A stretch of DNA of 63,197 nucleotides, counting the filler, from Octopus bimaculoides (lineage: Eukaryota): NCBI RefSeq assembly GCF_001194135.2. It is 4 parts of 4 records of this genome, joined end to end, with 100 filler letters (N's around TTAATTAATTAA, not from the genome) between each part and the next. Parts side by side here need not be neighbours in the genome. Positions count along the whole stretch, not along the records: positions 1 to 27,146 come from NC_069001.1; 3 more parts are not named here. One strand, 5' to 3'. The notes under the pieces are model-generated. The model was given only the letters and a program-made list of their open reading frames with translations, made no database searches and had not been told where the DNA came from. Positions 11,480 to 22,650 of the stretch are shown piece by piece. The position numbers and the translations under genes were made by a program. Position 1 is the first letter of the stretch; the number at the start of each line of letters is the position of its first letter.

Positions 11480-11900
11480 TTAACATTTTACGCAGCCTAG
11501 TCGGTCTCTCTCTTGGAGACGCTATGATTATACATGAAAAAATTACTAAAAGTTGAATATTTTGTAGCAAAGAAAGATTTTTCTTAGAGCCTTAATGTAG
11601 CTCTAATCTCGTCACTCAGTAAGTTAGTTATGCATTTAAAGAAATGTCAAAATCAGTTTTAAGAAAACTGGCCGAATAAACATGCAATAAACATTCAATA
11701 GCTTTCGAAAAATCTAAGTAGCCACATCTAAGTTCTCTCAAACGTTTAGTGAAAATGATAATGAAGCAGTATTTCGCTCTACCTGGCATCTGACACACCA
11801 AACACAATTGAGAAGTCGGAAATATAAAACGGTGAGGATTGCGCAAGATTTCAAGTAATTACTTAAAAGATTTAGAATCCGAAACAATCATTACACTCAT
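11480..11900 (-). mobile_element. CR1/L2-type RT remnant
   Basis: ORF 11628-11846 contains CGYLDFSKAIECLLH, matching the LINE RT motif YLDFSKAFD..H. Confidence 0.55.
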
Positions 11901-12321
11901 CCAAGTCAGTTCAATTCCCAGAGTCTGCGGAAAGATAACTCCAAAGTCAAATAAAGCATCAAGCGATGAAACAGCTAAACAATTTTATAGATTCTTATCA
12001 TCCTTGACATTACTAGCGCATACCACAACATTTGAAGAGACAACACGGTTCCAGGCTCCGATCCCCAGCCACAAAAAAAATCATAACAGACAACATACAT
12101 CACCTCTTTAAAAAAAAACAAATTTTACTAGAGAACTTTATAACTATGGTTCATATTATGAAAGTTTCTACTCCAGATTTCATGTAACCCAATTCACACA
12201 AAAAATATTCAAAACTTCCACAAGAAATAACACTAAACCCTGTTTCTTACAACTTGTGCAATTTCTTGAAAATGCGCCTGCCACCTTTACTTGAATGTTG
12301 TCATATATACAGACAAATTCA

Positions 12322-12745
12322 AGGCGGCGGGCTGGCAGATTCGTTAGCATGCCGAACAAAATGCTTAGCAGAATTTCGTCCGTCTTTATTTTCTGAGTCG
12401 AATTTGTGTTTCATCCTTCAGAGTGGATAAATAAGTACCAGTTGGACACTGGGGTCGATAAAATTGACTAGTCATCTTCCTCCAAATTTTAAGCCCTGTA
12501 ACTGTAGCAGAGAGGATATATTTCAGACAGATTCATATCCAGATTATAGGAGCTGACAGAATCGTCAGCAAGCAAGACGAAATCCGTATCGTCGCTTCGT
12601 TTTGAGTTCAAATTCCGCCGAGGTCGACTTTGCCTTTCATCCTTTCGGGGTTGAAAAATTAACTACCAGTTGCGTTCTGGGGTTGATGCAATCGACTAGT
12701 TCCCTACCCCCAAATTCCAGGCCTTGTGCCTATAGTAGAAAGAAT
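12322..12745 (+). mobile_element. Two tandem SINE family C copies
   Basis: GGCGGCGGGCTGGCAGATTCGTTAGC head at 12322; second core TTGAGTTCAAATTCCGCCGAGGTCGACTTTGCC at about 12602. Confidence 0.88.
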
Positions 12746-13785
12746 TATGTTCGTATCCTCCTACTTATCTCTCGATATGGCTGATAATTACTCCAAACCT
12801 ACATTAAACACGTAGAATCCTACCTTCAGATCAACTGACTTAAAGTAGCGTCTAACTACATCTTATTTTGTCCCTACTTTGTCGGTAACAACAGAGAACA
12901 TCACGTTTGATAATATCAGCATACCATGCATTTCATCTCAGACTTAGTACAGAAATTTCTCCTAATAAATAGAAAAATACATTAATGAAGTACTGCTGTA
13001 CCAATAAGAATATTCAATCATTAATGTGTTACACAGTTGCTATTACTGCAGCCGATGTAGCTCAGCACTAACGCAGACAGTTCACACATCTATACATCAG
13101 TGCAACGAAAAAAACTGTTACGGTACAACAACTTAAGGCTGGTAACGGTTACACTGAGCAAACTTAGAGTTTTATAGTCTTTCGGTATTCGAGACATCAG
13201 TCGAGAATATAATCATGCTACTTTCCAGTTTACTTTTATGAGAAGCTTTACATCATATGTACGCTCACACACGCATGTACTTTCGAGTGATTCTGCAAAA
13301 ATCACACCTAAACATATACATACATAAATATGCATCTACATATATATCTACATATGTATTGCATAAAGTATGTATACAGTAAGTGTCACATGAAATTAGT
13401 CAGCCTCGTTTTTGATATTTTCAGTGTCATTAAGCATAATGATACATTTACCATAAGTATAACTTTTATCGTAACTTTCAATTTTTTAAATAAAAATAAA
13501 TGAGTTTGTACGTGTTTTCTTTTTCGTAAATGAATACCTACTTTTGCACCACCACGCCCTGTGTATATATATATATATACACATACATATATATATATAT
13601 ATATAGAAATTTAGAGGTAATACTTGACAATTGTAAGCACCTGTGTATTCCAGCTAGTGGTTGCGGTGAAAGAATAAATTGTAAATCCAAAAAATAACAA
13701 CAAAACTACAAAGGATTCCGCGGTACACGTGTTTCAAGCTTTATATGTGTATAATATAATATGTGTATAATTTACAATGTAAAGC

Positions 13786-13864
13786 TATCCTCAGCCGCAA
13801 AATTATTTCTCTCCCAGGAGGTGATATAATTTCCTGGGAGAGAAATAATTTGCGGCTGAGGATA
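13786..13864. repeat. Near-perfect palindrome abutting a gap
   Basis: TATCCTCAGCCGCAAAATTATTTCTCTCCCAGGA, 12-nt spacer, TCCTGGGAGAGAAATAATTTGCGGCTGAGGATA. The 33/34-nt arms differ by a single A. Confidence 0.92.
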
Positions 13865-14903
13865 NNNNNNNNNNNNNNNNNNNNNNNNNNNNNNNNNNNN
13901 NNNNNNNNNNNNNNNNNNNNNNNNNNNNNNNNNNNNNNNNNNNNNNNNNNNNNNNNNNNNNNNNNNNNNNNNNNNNNNNNNNNNNNNNNNNNNNNNNNNN
14001 NNNNNNNNNNNNNNNNNNNNNNNNNNNNNNNNNNNNNNNNNNNNNNNNNNNNNNNNNNNNNNNNNNNNNNNNNNNNNNNNNNNNNNNNNNNNNNNNNNNN
14101 NNNNNNNNNNNNNNNNNNNNNNNNNNNNNNNNNNNNNNNNNNNNNNNNNNNNNNNNNNNNNNNNNNNNNNNNNNNNNNNNNNNNNNNNNNNNNNNNNNNN
14201 NNNNNNNNNNNNNNNNNNNNNNNNNNNNNNNNNNNNNNNNNNNNNNNNNNNNNNNNNNNNNNNNNNNNNNNNNNNNNNNNNNNNNNNNNNNNNNNNNNNN
14301 NNNNNNNNNNNNNNNNNNNNNNNNNNNNNNNNNNNNNNNNNNNNNNNNNNNNNNNNNNNNNNNNNNNNNNNNNNNNNNNNNNNNNNNNNNNNNNNNNNNN
14401 NNNNNNNNNNNNNNNNNNNNNNNNNNNNNNNNNNNNNNNNNNNNNNNNNNNNNNNNNNNNNNNNNNNNNNNNNNNNNNNNNNNNNNNNNNNNNNNNNNNN
14501 NNNNNNNNNNNNNNNNNNNNNNNNNNNNNNNNNNNNNNNNNNNNNNNNNNNNNNNNNNNNNNNNNNNNNNNNNNNNNNNNNNNNNNNNNNNNNNNNNNNN
14601 NNNNNNNNNNNNNNNNNNNNNNNNNNNNNNNNNNNNNTTGAACACTCAATATTTCATCTATTCAATAAGACATATTCCATATATTCAATAAGACATTCAA
14701 TACTTTATTTCATTGTACCATCCATTTTTATTTTATATTATATATTGAATATTATATTGTATATTCCATATCCCACGTTGGTTTTGCAGGAATATAAATA
14801 AAACATAAAAAACAGACAGTGTTGGAAGTCTTTTAAACAAAATAATATATTCCTCTATACACAATCATACAAAACCCCTTTTTTTGTATTTATCTTTACT
14901 CGC

Positions 14904-14939
<36 letters not shown>

Positions 14940-15316
14940 GATGTATCTACGTGTTTTTTGCATTTGCCCCAACTCAACTTAGTTCTGGCTTGTTTTCAAT
15001 TCTCTATAACATAGCAATTCAGCATAAGAGATGATGGAATAAGTACTGGAGTCAATTTCTCCTCTCAAAATCCTTGAAATCGGTTCGGTACGAAGGCCAC
15101 CGCGTCCAATGATGGGAACAAGTAAAAATTTAAAAGAACCAATAACGCTTACTAATGTTCGTATCTGTTTAGAAGTTCCTCAGCCTAATGCTGAGAAAGG
15201 GATTAAGGGATAATACGTAATAATCCTTCTCATTTCTCCTTATATTTTCCGTTTGTGCACAAAATTAATCGAAGGGATTGGTTTCTAAGAGAACGTGGTA
15301 GGAAAGAAGCTGGCAA

Positions 15317-15357
15317 GAGTGAGAGAGAGGGGAGACAGAGAGAGAGAGAGAGAGAGA

Positions 15358-15400
<43 letters not shown>

Positions 15401-16432
15401 AGAGAGAGGAGAGAGAGAAAGAGAGAAGAAGAGAGAGGAGAGAGAAGAAGAGAGAATAAGAGAGAGAAAGAGAGAAGAAGAGAGAGGAGAGAGAGAAAGA
15501 GAGAAGAAGAGAGAGAAAGAGAGAAGAAGAGAGAGGAGAGAGAGAAAGAGAGAAGAAGAGAGAGGAGAGAGAGAGAAGAAGAGAGAGGAGAGAGAGAAAG
15601 AGAGAAGAAGAGAGGAGAGAGAGAAAGANNNNNNNNNNNNNNNNNNNNNNNNNNNNNNNNNNNNNNNNNNNNNNNNNNNNNNNNNNNNNNNNNNNNNNNN
15701 NNNNNNNNNNNNNNNNNNNNNNNNNNNNNNNNNNNNNNNNNNNNNNNNNNNNNNNNNNNNNNNNNNNNNNNNNNNNNNNNNNNNNNNNNNNNNNNNNNNN
15801 NNNNNNNNNNNNNNNNNNNNNNNNNNNNNNNNNNNNNNNNNNNNNNNNNNNNNNNNNNNNNNNNNNNNNNNNNNNNNNNNNNNNNNNNNNNNNNNNNNNN
15901 NNNNNNNNNNNNNNNNNNNNNNNNNNNNNNNNNNNNNNNNNNNNNNNNNNNNNNNNNNNNNNNNNNNNNNNNNNNNNNNNNNNNNNNNNNNNNNNNNNNN
16001 NNNNNNNNNNNNNNNNNNNNNNNNNNNNNNNNNNNNNNNNNNNNNNNNNNNNNNNNNNNNNNNNNNNNNNNNNNNNNNNNNNNNNNNNNNNNNNNNNNNN
16101 NNNNNNNNNNNNNNNNNNNNNNNNNNNNNNNNNNNNNNNNNNNNAAGAGAGAGGAGAGAGAGAAAGAGAGAAGAAGAGAGAGGAGAGAGAAAGAGAGAAG
16201 AGAGAGAAAGAGAGAAGAAGAGAGAGGAGAGAGAGAAAGAGAGAAGAAGAGAGAGGACAGAGAGGAAAAGAGAGAGAGACAGGCAGACAAACAGATAGAG
16301 AAAGTGGCGTAGGGAGAAAGAGAGAGAGAGAGTCAGACAGACAGACAGAGAGGCTCGAAGACAGACAGACAGACAGAGAGGGCTCACAGACAGACAGACA
16401 GACAAAGAGGGAGGTAGGAAGATAAGGGGAAC

Positions 16433-16477
<45 letters not shown>

Positions 16478-16480
16478 GGA
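15317..16480 (+). repeat. Poly-purine AG satellite with a higher-order unit of about 27-30 nt (partly in a gap)
   Basis: Recurring GAGAGAAAGAGAGAAGAAGAGAGAGGA units on both sides of the 15629-16144 gap. Confidence 0.9.
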
Positions 16481-17363
16481 AATAAGAAAGAGAACGAAAT
16501 TGGGGTGGGAAGGAAATGTACGAACGAGAAAGTCGGTGGGGATTAACGATAAATATGAAAAGAAAGAGGGCGTACTTCACTTTAGAATTTAATGAATTTG
16601 TAAACATCTTCAGCTAATATACATGTTCAGAGTTGGATATGGACAAACATAATTAAAATTAAATTATTTCACTTTGAAAAACTACTTCTAGATATTCCAG
16701 TTTTGTGTCTGTTTTTTTTCTTCTACTTATTAACTAGGTTTGTTTACAAAATCAGTCTTTTATCTCAAATATATTTTATAGTCATATAAACTCCCATGTC
16801 TACGATGTATCTTAAGCCTGCCAGGTTAAATGAAATGTGCGAAATATGACAGCTGACATTTTTCTTCAGCTGAAAAGCAATGGTATATCTCTCACTAGAA
16901 AATAAAGATTAATATTTGTCTAAACAATGAATTTGGGAATTTAGATAAGCTACAACGTATTCTTGTAGATAAACATAATAACTGACAAATACATGAGAAA
17001 GCAATAAATAAACAAGTAAGGGTCCATTTTTTTGATATTTTAAAATTTTCGTGTCGTTCAAAATAACATTAATGCCGTAATTGCTTTTGAATTGTAAGTT
17101 TTTAAAAGCATACACAAGGTACCCAATATAGTTTTAAGGCAGGGTTCGGAGAATGTGTTTAAATATACTGATTATTGAGATGCGCAAGAAAGCCTCGTGG
17201 TATTGAGATAGTGAGAAGTGGATGTTAAGTTTTAACAAAAAAAAAACGGCTGTTGATTTTTTAGCAGAGAAACAGCTGTTAAGTTTTAACAGCAAGATAA
17301 TAAACGTGCAAACTAGTCTCGTAAAATCTGTTTTCTTTTAGAGGAACATGATTTACGTACAGA

Positions 17364-17493
17364 AGGCGTAGGAGTGGTTGTGTGGTAAGTAGCTTGCTTA
17401 CCAACCACATGGTCCCGGGTTCAGTCCCACTGCGTGGCACCTTGGGCAGGTGTCTTCTACTATAGCCTCGGGCCGACCAAAGCCTTGTGAGTG
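17364..17493 (+). mobile_element. SINE family A 5-prime part (runs into gap)
   Basis: AGGCGTAGGAGTGGTTGTGTGGTAAGTAGC...GGTTCAGTCCCACTGCGTGGCACCTTGGGCAGGTGTC. Confidence 0.92.
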
Positions 17494-17718
17494 NNNNNNN
17501 NNNNNNNNNNNNNNNNNNNNNNNNNNNNNNNNNNNNNNNNNNNNNNNNNNNNNNNNNNNNNNNNNNNNNNNNNNNNNNNNNNNNNNNNNNNNNNNNNNNN
17601 NNNNNNNNNNNNNNNNNNNNNNNNNNNNNNNNNNNNNNNNNNNNNNNNNNNNNNNNNNNNNNNNNNNNNNNNNNNNNNNNNNNNNNNNNNNNNNNNNNNN
17701 NNNNNNNNNNNNNNNNNN

Positions 17719-18002
17719 AGACACACGTACCCTTAACGTAGTTCTCGGGGATATTCAACGTGACACAGTGTGACAAGGCTGACCCTTTGAATTACAGGCA
17801 CAACAGAAACAGGAAGTAAGAGTGAGGGAAAGTTGTGGTGAAAGAGTACAGCAGGGTTCGCCACCATTCCCTGCCGGAGCCTCGTGGAGATTTTAGGTAT
17901 TTTTCGTTCAATAAACACTAACAACGCCCGGTCTGGGAATCGAAATCGCGATCCTATGACCGCGAGTCCGCTGCCCTAACCACTGGGCCATTGCGCCTCC
18001 AC
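17719..18002 (-). mobile_element. SINE family B (3-prime part in gap)
   Basis: High identity to 6330-6611; different flank from the other copies. Confidence 0.92.
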
Positions 18003-18274
18003 ACTTGTTAAGATTACCTCTACAGATATTCAATAAAAACTATAGCCAGCACTGAAATAATAGCCAAACTAAAAAAATAAATAAATAAAAAAATTTATAA
18101 AAAATGAAAATTTATGTCTATGTTAAAGTAATGGGAAACAATCGCGGAACTCAGAAAATAATTATCTAAGGAGTTCTCTCCCTTACAAGGAAGCATTTTT
18201 GTCTTTTAATAAACTTTTAACATAGGATGCAACCATGTTAGTGCACGGCTGTGCGTAGGCGGCGAGTGTACTTA

Positions 18275-18420
18275 TACATACATACTCTTTTTCTCTTTTA
18301 CTCTTCTACTTGTTTCAGTCATTTTACTTTGGCAATGCTGGAGCACCGCCTTTTTAGTCGAGCAAATCGAGCCCAAGTCGATTTGTAATTCTAGTGCTTA
18401 TTCTATCCGTGTCTTTTATA
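18275..18420 (-). mobile_element. SINE family A 3-prime fragment
   Basis: CTCTTTTACTCTTCTACTTGTTTCAGTCATTT...GCTGGAGCACCGCC, the reverse of the family A tail. Confidence 0.75.
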
Positions 18421-19855
18421 CATCTCTCATTGAAGTTCATTAATTACATTTCAATTTTGAAATTACAAACTTCAATTGTCTTTACAATATTTTCACTGCG
18501 TCCCTTTTATGAGTGTATGTGCTGTGTGTGTGTGAGAGTGTCTGTGTCCATTAGTGTATGTGTTTAGTGTGTGTGTTTGGTGTGCTGGCTTGTGTTATAT
18601 GCGTGCGTGTGCGGTGCATTTCTGTGCGCTGTGTCTGCTGCGCGCGCGCGTGCGTGCGTGCGTGCGTGCGTGTATGTGCACTGTGTATTGTCTGTGCGTA
18701 TGTGTATACTGTGTGTGTGCGCGCGCGCGCATGCACGTGACTGGATCGTCTGTTACACTGTTCAATCTTACACCTGCAAGCACACACAAGTGCACGTGCA
18801 CGCACGCGCATAAACGAATACGCGCTCGGGCTAGTGCACCCACACTCTGTTCTTTCTTTCTGAACCTCGCTTTCGCTTCCTCTAATTATTGCCAGACGGG
18901 AACGACGACTCTCCTTCGNNNNNNNNNNNNNNNNNNNNNNNNNNNNNNNNNNNNNNNNNNNNNNNNNNNNNNNNNNNNNNNNNNNNNNNNNNNNNNNNNN
19001 NNNNNNNNNNNNNNNNNNNNNNNNNNNNNNNNNNNNNNNNNNNNNNNNNNNNNNNNNNNNNNNNNNNNNNNNNNNNNNNNNNNNNNNNNNNNNNNNNNNN
19101 NNNNNNNNNNNNNNNNNNNNNNNNNNNNNNNNNNNNNNNNNNNNNNNNNNNNNNNNNNNNNNNNNNNNNNNNNNNNNNNNNNNNNNNNNNNNNNNNNNNN
19201 NNNNNNNNNNNNNNNNNNNNNNNNNNNNNNNNNNNNNNNNNNNNNNNNNNNNNNNNNNNNNNNNNNNNNNNNNNNNNNNNNNNNNNNNNNNNNNNNNNNN
19301 NNNNNNNNNNNNNNNNNNNNNNNNNNNNNNNNNNNNNNNNNNNNNNNNNNNNNNNNNNNNNNNNNNNNNNNNNNNNNNNNNNNNNNNNNNNNNNNNNNNN
19401 NNNNNNNNNNNNNNNNNNNNNNNNNNNNNNNNNNNNNNNNNNNNNNNNNNNNNNNNNNNNNNNNNNNNNNNNNNNNNNNNNNNNNNNNNNNNNNNNNNNN
19501 NNNNNNNNNNNNNNNNNNNNNNNNNNNNNNNNNNNNNNNNNNNNNNNNNNNNNNNNNNNNNNNNNNNNNNNNNNNNNNNNNNNNNNNNNNNNNNNNNNNN
19601 NNNNNNNNNNNNNNNNNNNNNNNNNNNNNNNNNNNNNNNNNNNNNNNNNNNNNNNNNNNNNNNNNNNNNNNNNNNNNNNNNNNNNNNNNNNNNNNNNNNN
19701 NNNNNNNNNNNNNNNNNNNNNNNNNNNNNNNNNNNNNNNNNNNNNNNNNNNNNNNNNNNNNNNNNNNNNNNNNNNNNNNNNNNNNNNNNNATATATATAC
19801 ACATACATACATACACATACATACAGGTTGAAAATATGCGTAAAAAATATAAGAA

Positions 19856-19976
19856 GTGGAAGAGAAATGCCTTCGTTTCGTATAGTTTAATATCATTTTA
19901 TAAATATATCCATATAATATGCATATGTTTATAAAAAAATATTAAACTATATGAAACGAAAGCATTTCTCTTCCAC
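19856..19976. repeat. Inverted repeat, 38-bp arms with 2 mismatches
   Basis: GTGGAAGAGAAATGCCTTCGTTTCGTATAGTTTAATAT versus the reverse complement of ATATTAAACTATATGAAACGAAAGCATTTCTCTTCCAC. Confidence 0.88.
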
Positions 19977-19999
19977 ATATCTCTTCAAATTGCTAATGG

Positions 20000-20700
20000 T
20001 ACATCATCTAGACAAGGCGTAAGGAATGTTTTTTTAATAAATGAAGGTACGACTCAACTGTTACCGTGTTTCGGAAGAAATAAAGACCAATTATCGTACT
20101 TCCCCATATAGCCACCCACACCATATTCCTTGGAGAGCACTGGATATGCACATCCTCAATCGACCGAGGATTTTCTGCCGACCAGTACCATAAAATATAT
20201 CTGTTAACCGAACTGTTTAAGAAAAATATTGCTTCGTCACTGAAAGGAATATGCTTTTCCATCTCTATTTGTTCGTACTAATTGCACTCTATATGGATGA
20301 AAATGACTGCGAGACAAAATGCGGCCAATGGAACGCCTTGGTACACCCGTTTCTTGTGAAACTTTTCTGAATGACTTTCGTCGGCTTCCTTCCACATATC
20401 TGCATTATCAGTGCAGATGTTCCAGAATCAGTTGCAGTTCTTTTCTTCTTCTTCCACTGCGGGGCCGGTTATGGGCGCTTCCTGTTTCTTGAAAAACGAA
20501 TGTCTTACTGGCAGCTCTGTGTGTCTGTTCGGGTACTAAGCATTAAAAATATCTGCGACTGAGCGTGACTTGTGCATATATGTCCAATTTTTCAAAATTT
20601 ACCGCGCATGTGCAGAATACCTAATCGGCAGCAAATACAAAAAAAATATGCCGATTTTTCAGAAATTTGCCAAAAACATTTTATAATTGGCCTGGCAGAA
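20000..20700 (-). mobile_element. Tc1/mariner-superfamily transposase remnant
   Basis: FQETGSAHNRPRSGR and RSHFHPYRVQL in the HTH region; FSDEAIFFLNSSVNR..YWSAENP..SPRNMVWVAIWGSTIIGLYFF in the DDE region. Confidence 0.82.
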
Positions 20701-21044
20701 TAAATAGTTTATTTTGCTAAAATAACTTGAAACCTGGTTCGAAACATAGCTGGTAAATGTTTTTATTTTTCATTCCTTTTCAAAATTATTCCTATTTTGT
20801 GGTGTAGAGCTTTGGCTGCCCTTTCTAGCGGGTCAGATGTCTTTTTATGGGCATCTCTAATGTGTATTAAATGTACACTGTACTCTACATGAATAATATA
20901 TAGTCTGTTGACTAATCTTCTTCTCGCTACACCACTGGTAGTAAATTAAATTTATTAATTTTTTGCTACCCTTAGACTTATTTTATACATACATATAAAA
21001 ATATATATATATATATATATACAGAGAGAGAGAGACAGAGAGAC

Positions 21045-21135
<91 letters not shown>

Positions 21136-21697
21136 GAAAGAGAGATTTTCCTTGGGGTTGGCTAGATTGGAGCAGTCTCGAGTATAACCAGCCGAAACTG
21201 CAAAGATAATCTGGAACTCCACTGACGAAAGAAAACTCCGAATGACCCGTCCTTGTTTTTTCCCGTCCCTTTTTCGTAACAACTAACTGTCTTAATGTTT
21301 TGTGGTCCCCTTTTTGTATCATCTAACTGTGTGAATGTTTTGCGTTCTTGTCCCAATTTTTCTATTATATATATATATAGTAAAGTTTCCTGGCCAACAG
21401 AATGTGGCAGTCTTATAAAGGGCGATGTTACTGCTGTTTAGGCCCTAGAAAACATCTTTCCAGCTGGCTATTGACACACAATGTGTCCGTATAGTCTTTC
21501 CAAGGCAAGGGAGGTCATCGCTCCCTTGATGATGTGGATTTCGTGACCAATACGTTTTTGCCCGTTTGTTTCTATGTTTATTTAACTTACTTTTTAATGG
21601 AACGATACGTAGTTATTTTGTTCACTAGTAAGTTTTCATGTATATGTATATAAAAATTTAAGGAATGGAGAAAATGCATGTTATAATTGCATACTTT

Positions 21698-21783
21698 ATT
21701 CCTACATATGTTTCAAAGGATTACAACCTATGTGATCCATAGGGATCTGTGATATTAAAATTGTAACCTTCTCTTCAGGGAAT
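21698..21783 (-). ncRNA. Type I hammerhead ribozyme motif (Penelope-like-element type), apparently intact
   Basis: Minus strand AUUCC-CUGAAGA-GAAGGUUACAA...UUGUAAUCCUUU-GAAAC-AUAU-GU-A-GGAAU. Full core, 5-bp stem I, 11-bp stem II with one bulge, self-complementary ACAUAUGU stem III, GUA cleavage triplet. Confidence 0.8.
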
Positions 21784-22267
21784 CATCTTAAATGTAAGAA
21801 GATAGAAGAAATACATATAATTAAATATATATGTATGTGTGTGTGTGTGTTTTTTTTTTTAGGGGAATATATTATCTGGACAGATACCCTATTAGCTATC
21901 AGTTATGTTCCAAGTTACGACTATACAAATCGATTAGTATTTAACATCTATGACTAGCAGGGTTTGTCACTCATGCTGTAAATTCCTCCGGTGGGTAATT
22001 CCATTTTCGCTTTACTGAATGGTAATATTATCTAGGGTAACTATAATTATAACGAGAAAGAACATGGAGACAGGTTTATCTGCAAAATTTATTCCTTTTT
22101 ATTTTACAATGATATACAGCATATTTTTATAGTTACGTGGCGATAGACGTTGTTTCTCAGTATAGTTACAGCTTTCATCTCTTATAGAGATTTTCTCATT
22201 TAGCTAATTTGCTTGTTGCAAAACCAGGGACTGTGTCTCACTTTTTCTTCTATATATTGTGAGCTAG

Positions 22268-22650
22268 GTGGAGGCGCAATGGCCCAGTGGTTAGGGCAGC
22301 GGACTCGCGGTCATAGGATCGCAGTTTCGATTCCCAGACCGGGCGTTGTGAGTGTTTATTGAGCGAAAACACCTAACGCTCCACGAGGCTCCAGCAGGGG
22401 ATAGTGGCGAACCCTGCTGTACTCTTTCACCACAACTTTCTCTCACTCTTACTTCCTGCTTCTGTTGTGCCTGTAATTCAAAGGGTCAGCCTTGTCACAC
22501 TGTGTGTCACGCTGAATATCCCCGAGAACTACGTTAAGGTTACACGTGTCTATGGAGTGCTCAGCCACTTACACGTTAATTTCACGAGCAGGTTGTTCCG
22601 TTGATCGGATCAACTGGAACCTTTGACGTCGTAAGCGACGGAGTGCCAAC
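22268..22650 (+). mobile_element. Full-length SINE family B with target-site duplication
   Basis: A box TGGCCCAGTGG, B box GTTTCGATTCC; TSD ATTGTGAGCTAG (22256-22267) / ATTGCGAGCTAG (22651-22662). Confidence 0.95.

Noticed and set aside
13170-13205. Minus-strand CTGATGT...CCGAAAGAC
   Set aside because: A9 is absent and there is no stem II.
21215-21250. CTGACGA...CTCCGAAT hammerhead-like string
   Set aside because: No stem II pairing, GAAA broken, no stem I.
22268-22345. tRNA-like heads as tRNA genes (also the other SINE heads)
   Set aside because: A and B boxes are present, but there is no acceptor-stem closure; they continue into SINE bodies with tails and TSDs.
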